From the IMG/VR virus record IMGVR_UViG_2541047721_000002: 11,667 bases of DNA, one strand, 5' to 3'. The notes beneath the pieces are model-generated. The model saw only the letters and a program-made list of their open reading frames with translations, did not search any database and was not told the origin of the DNA. A program made the position numbers and the translations under genes. Source of the DNA: a virus (taxonomy: Duplodnaviria; Heunggongvirae; Uroviricota; Caudoviricetes). Of this stretch, positions 9,093-11,667 are shown piece by piece. Positions within the stretch are counted from its first letter, which is position 1, and each line of letters opens with the position of its first letter.

Positions 9093-9120
9093 AAACCGCT
9101 AATGGTCAGATTAGCGGTTT
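9093..9120. terminator. bidirectional hairpin between convergent U and invertase genes
   Basis: AAACCGCTAAT-ggtcag-ATTAGCGGTTT 11-bp stem followed by TCATTTTCC; the invertase stop codon (9111-9113) lies inside the stem. Confidence 0.5.
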
Positions 9121-9710
9121 TCATTTTCCTGAGTCTGCCTGGTTGTTTCTTCAGCCTGTATATCGCCTACAGGGTGATAACGATAAATCGTCGATATGCC
9201 GATGTCGTAAATGATCGCCAGTTGTTTCCTGTCATGACCGTTTTTAATCAGCCTCGCTATTTGCTCGTGTTGTTCTTTTGTCAACTTCGGGCGACGTCCG
9301 CCAATGCGTCCTTGTGCGCGTGCTGCTGCCAGCCCGGCCAGTGTACGCTCTACAATTAATTCACGTTCCATTTCGGCTAAAGCCCCCATGACGTGAAAAA
9401 AGAAACGCCCCATGGGTGTTGATGTGTCAATGCTGTCCGTCAGACTACGGAAATTAACACCTTTTTCCCGCAATTCCTCAATAAGCGTGATCAGGTGTTT
9501 CATACTTCTGCCCAGTCTGTCCAGCTTCCAGACAACCAGCGTATCTCCTTCTGATAGCGTTCTGAGCAGTTTTTTCAATCCCGGTCTGGTTGATTTCGTT
9601 CCGCTGATTTTATCTTCAAAAATCAGTTCACATCCTGCGCAGTTCAGTGCATTGCGTTGTAAATCCGTGTTCTGGTCGTTTGTTGACACACGAATATAGC
9701 CAATTTGCAT
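9111..9710 (-). CDS. serine DNA invertase, Gin/Pin/Hin/Cin family
   Basis: Minus-strand ORF. I place the start at ATG 9710 (MQIGYIRVSTNDQNTDLQRNAL…), which gives ~199 aa. The N-terminus and catalytic region (…GDTLVVWKLDRLGRSMKHLI…FRSLTDSIDTS.PMGRFFFHVMGALAEMERELI.ERT.AGLAAAR..GRIGGR.PKLT…) are nearly identical in pattern to E. coli Pin and Mu Gin, including the active-site serine in YIRVST. A C-terminal helix-turn-helix region follows. Confidence 0.93.
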   Translation of the reverse strand: MQIGYIRVSTNDQNTDLQRNALNCAGCELIFEDKISGTKSTRPGLKKLLRTLSEGDTLVVWKLDRLGRSMKHLITLIEELREKGVNFRSLTDSIDTSTPMGRFFFHVMGALAEMERELIVERTLAGLAAARAQGRIGGRRPKLTKEQHEQIARLIKNGHDRKQLAIIYDIGISTIYRYHPVGDIQAEETTRQTQENENR

Positions 9711-9764
9711 AAAAAACATCCTCTTTGTTTCGTGAAAAATACAGAGTTGGTATAGGTAGGGATA

Positions 9765-9790
9765 AAAACGAAAACGTTGGTTTAGGAGAA
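9765..9790. other. putative left crossover site of the invertible segment (gix/hix/pix-like)
   Basis: AAAACGAAAACG-TT-GGTTTAGGAGAA. The inner half-site in complement reads TTCTCCTAAACC, close to the half-site of known Gin/Hin sites (TTCCTGTAAACC / TTATCAAAAACC) as I remember them. The outer half is degenerate. The core dinucleotide falls at the V-G codons before the conserved LGEG motif. Confidence 0.45.
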
Positions 9791-10138
9791 GGCTCGGCGC
9801 TACCCGTTGGTGTGCCTGTTCCGTGGCCCACCGCCACACCGCCAGCAGGCTGGTTAAAGTGCGACGGGCGCGCCTTTACAAAAGAACAATATCCTGTTCT
9901 GGCCAGAGCCTACCCGACCCTCCGTCTTCCCGATTTACGCGGTGAGTTTATCCGTGGATGGGACGACGGGCGCAAAGTTGATACAGGACGTAAGTTGCTG
10001 TCCGCACAAGGGGCAACTATGTTATCCGCTTTTGTTGTTGATTATTCCAAACAGGTCACTACGCTAGGCTCGAGGAAAGTCGGCATGGGAGACACTATAG
10101 CAGATTACCAACCAGACGTTAGTGATGGCAACTTTTAG
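9776..10138 (+). CDS. silent alternative tail-fibre C-terminal cassette (Sv'-like), promoterless in this orientation
   Basis: Open frame …VGLGEGSALPVGVPVPWPTATPPAGWLKCDGRAFTKEQYPVLARAYPTLRLPDLRGEFIRGWDDGRKVDTGRKLLSAQG…DGNF*. The first ~70 aa are near-identical to the expressed cassette on the opposite strand and include the tail-fibre collar-type PDLRG…RGWD motif. There is no ATG or RBS; the frame begins at the crossover site. Confidence 0.6.
   Translation, partial: VGLGEGSALPVGVPVPWPTATPPAGWLKCDGRAFTKEQYPVLARAYPTLRLPDLRGEFIRGWDDGRKVDTGRKLLSAQGATMLSAFVVDYSKQVTTLGSRKVGMGDTIADYQPDVSDGNF
9818..9965. repeat. left copy of ~148-bp near-identical inverted repeat inside the invertible segment
   Basis: By manual reverse-complement alignment, 9818-9965 matches the complement of 11193-11340 with only a few mismatches, whereas flanking coding sequence drops to roughly 80% identity with synonymous differences. 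Confidence 0.7.
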
Positions 10139-10863
10139 ATACTTGATGCGTCCTCATTCGGCGCTCCAAGCTTAGCAATGTGGGATAATGTATCAGAGGG
10201 CACCCTCCAGATCGCAATTAAAAGTAGCTTTACGACGGCTAGCTATGGCTCAACCGGCAGGATTGAATGTAATTTCAGGCTAACTGATTTCTAATGAGTA
10301 GCACAGCTCTACTGCGTTCAGACCGTATATCTAATCTAGCAGGCGGTATCATTTTGTAGCTTCTTGACGTGGAAGCCCGGGAATAGACCTCAGTTTCTGT
10401 TTGATATGACGGCCTGACGCTGTGGCCTGTGTCACCTTTTGGTGGCGTTGCACTCTCGCAACCTCCATTGCGGCGCTTCGTTTCCGGTACTGATAGGTTG
10501 CCCGGGTCTGAGCGTTCCACTTATCACAGCGGCTAGATGGTTTTCATCTGGTAGAGTGGGACGGGCAATCAGCTTATCCGGCAGGGAGATTGGGGTTAGC
10601 ACTCTCCCAGAAAAATGCCGGCCAGGCGCGGGGATCAGTGACATGCTCACGCCTGTTTAACGGGTCCGGACGGCAAGCCACGTGACGCAAAGTAGCTTCC
10701 CACACTGCAACGCCGGCCGAGGGTGACACAGTAGCTGCCGCAAGTGGAACTTACCACCCTGAGGATGAGTTGTATTCCCAGTCTTACACCACATGGTGCG
10801 ATAAAATTAAATCGCGCGCTACAGTATAGCTACCAGTTTCATGCAGAACATATCTGCTAGTCA
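10139..10863. other. ~725-bp ORF-free core of the invertible segment; function unknown
   Basis: No ORF over 81 aa in any frame, and those present are low-complexity with no RBS. It lies where tail-fibre assembly chaperone genes sit in Mu G, P1 C and e14 P segments. Contains at least 4 CTAG tetranucleotides (10239, 10336, 10533, 10857), a motif normally scarce in enterobacterial DNA. Confidence 0.5.
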
Positions 10864-11667
10864 CTAGACATCACTTAGCCTGTAGTACCGTTCAAACTTA
10901 CGGGTTGAACGGGTTCTCCCCGCCGTCAAGCTATTTTTGATTGCGGTAATAAGAGGGCCAGGCATAACATTGTCCGACATTTCAAAGCTTTGTTCGCCTA
11001 AAGATGTTCCATCAGGTATTCTCTTTCTGCCCTCACTAACGCCCATTTTGGTATAGGCTTTAGTGTCACCAAATCCGAATTGCGCAGAGCCGCCCGTACT
11101 GTCATCGCTGTAATAATCCAGCTCAGCTCCGCTTACGATCGTCCCCTCTTGAAATGAAAGTACCGTACGCCCGGTATCAACCTTGCGACCACCGTCCCAT
11201 CCACGGATAAACTCACCGCGCAAATCGGGAAGACGGAGGGTCGGGTAGACTCTGGCCAGAACAGGATATTGTTCTTTGGTGAACGTAGCTCCGTTGCACT
11301 GTAACCAGCCTGCTGGCGGTGTGGCAGTGGGCCACGGAACAGGTACACCAACAGGCAATGCAGAGCCTTCCCCCAAACCAAGGTAATTGAGGACATCTTT
11401 TATACTGCCCTTAGCGATAATAGCGCGACCAATAGCTGTAAGGGTTGCCAGCGCTGCGCGGTCTGCTCCGGTAAAATAAGGCAACCGATCTGCTGCAGTG
11501 GCAAGTCCTGCCAGAGCAGTGAGCGTGGCATCTGCCGGTTGTTTTCCGTTTGCCAGATCGTATGCAGCCTTGACCGCTTTCGGTGTGGCGGCCAGTATTT
11601 CAGACGTGCTGTTGGTGGCGCTACTGAGTTGAACAAGGCCTTTTCGTGCCGTAGTCGCATCCTGAGC
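10864..11667 (-). CDS. tail fibre protein, 3' portion (expressed orientation; 5' part lies beyond the right window edge)
   Basis: I translated the minus-strand frame by hand from 11667 down to TAG at 10866-10864 and it is open throughout: …SSATNSTSEILAATPKAVKAAYDLANGKQPADATLTALAGLATAADRLPYFTGADRAALATLTAIGRAIIAKGSIKDVLNYLGLGEGSALPVGVPVPWPTATPPAGWLQCNGATFTKEQYPVLARVYPTLRLPDLRGEFIRGWDGGRKVDTGR…YRLSDV*. The ORF-track start at 11484 is a TTG inside this frame, not the true start. Contains the collar-type motif shared by Mu S, P1 S and e14 StfE-type fibres. Confidence 0.85.
   Translation of the reverse strand, partial: AQDATTARKGLVQLSSATNSTSEILAATPKAVKAAYDLANGKQPADATLTALAGLATAADRLPYFTGADRAALATLTAIGRAIIAKGSIKDVLNYLGLGEGSALPVGVPVPWPTATPPAGWLQCNGATFTKEQYPVLARVYPTLRLPDLRGEFIRGWDGGRKVDTGRTVLSFQEGTIVSGAELDYYSDDSTGGSAQFGFGDTKAYTKMGVSEGRKRIPDGTSLGEQSFEMSDNVMPGPLITAIKNSLTAGRTRSTRKFERYYRLSDV
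11193..11340. repeat. right copy of ~148-bp near-identical inverted repeat
   Basis: Reverse complement of 11193-11340 aligns with 9818-9965, e.g. ACCAAAGAACAATATCCTGTTCTGGCCAGAGTCTACCCGACCCTCCGTCTTCCCGATTT versus ACAAAAGAACAATATCCTGTTCTGGCCAGAGCCTACCCGACCCTCCGTCTTCCCGATTT. Confidence 0.7.
11368..11393. other. putative right crossover site of the invertible segment (gix/hix/pix-like)
   Basis: TTCCCCCAAACC-AA-GGTAATTGAGGA. The inner half-site TTCCCCCAAACC is in inverted orientation to the left site. The core falls at the L-G codons (CTT GGT) before LGEG in the expressed fibre, in the same codon phase as the left site, so inversion would give an in-frame fusion. Confidence 0.45.

Larger units (their letters stand above)
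1470..11667. mobile_element. P2-like (Peduovirus-type) prophage or prophage remnant, left end; continues beyond the right window edge
   Basis: Contiguous block of P2-family genes (ogr, D, FI, FII, E/E', T, U) plus invertase and tail fibre, directly abutting the housekeeping gene serS. No integrase or attachment site is recognisable in the window; the left boundary is approximate. Confidence 0.8.

Noticed and set aside
9412-9839. 95-aa plus ORF inside the invertase gene and the 5' extension of the invertase ORF to 9839
   Set aside because: The invertase N-terminus MQIGYIRVST at 9710 matches the family start exactly; the extension would run through the crossover site and promoter region.
10275-10660. 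Three 72-81 aa ORFs in the core of the invertible segment
   Set aside because: Mutually overlapping on both strands, no RBS, no resemblance to tail-fibre assembly proteins; treated as non-coding pending a sensitive search.
11133-11660. 87-aa and 86-aa minus-strand ORFs in alternative frames of the tail-fibre gene
   Set aside because: The tail-fibre frame is open across this whole stretch and carries the conserved motifs; these are out-of-frame shadows.

Overview
The window starts at the ATG of a complete enterobacterial (E. coli-like) serS gene (1..1293) and then runs into one end of a P2-like (Peduovirus-type) myovirus prophage or prophage remnant that fills the rest of the window. From left to right: a hok/mok-like type I toxin locus (minus strand; the 46-aa toxin ORF is below the ORF-track cutoff), ogr-like zinc-finger late activator and tail gene D (both minus), a divergently oriented tail operon FI-FII-E/E'-T-U (plus) with a predicted -1 programmed frameshift, a Gin/Pin-family serine DNA invertase (minus), and an invertible tail-fibre segment carrying two alternative C-terminal cassettes, two hix/gix-like crossover sites, an embedded ~148-bp near-identical inverted repeat and an unusual ~725-bp ORF-free core. 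The tail-fibre gene body enters from the right edge (5' part outside the window). All calls rest on reading the sequence and remembered protein families; no database search was run. I saw no tRNA, rRNA, CRISPR array, integrase or defence-system gene. The most unusual items are the rearranged tail-gene synteny relative to P2, the chaperone-less invertible segment with its compositionally odd core, and the hok-like toxin.
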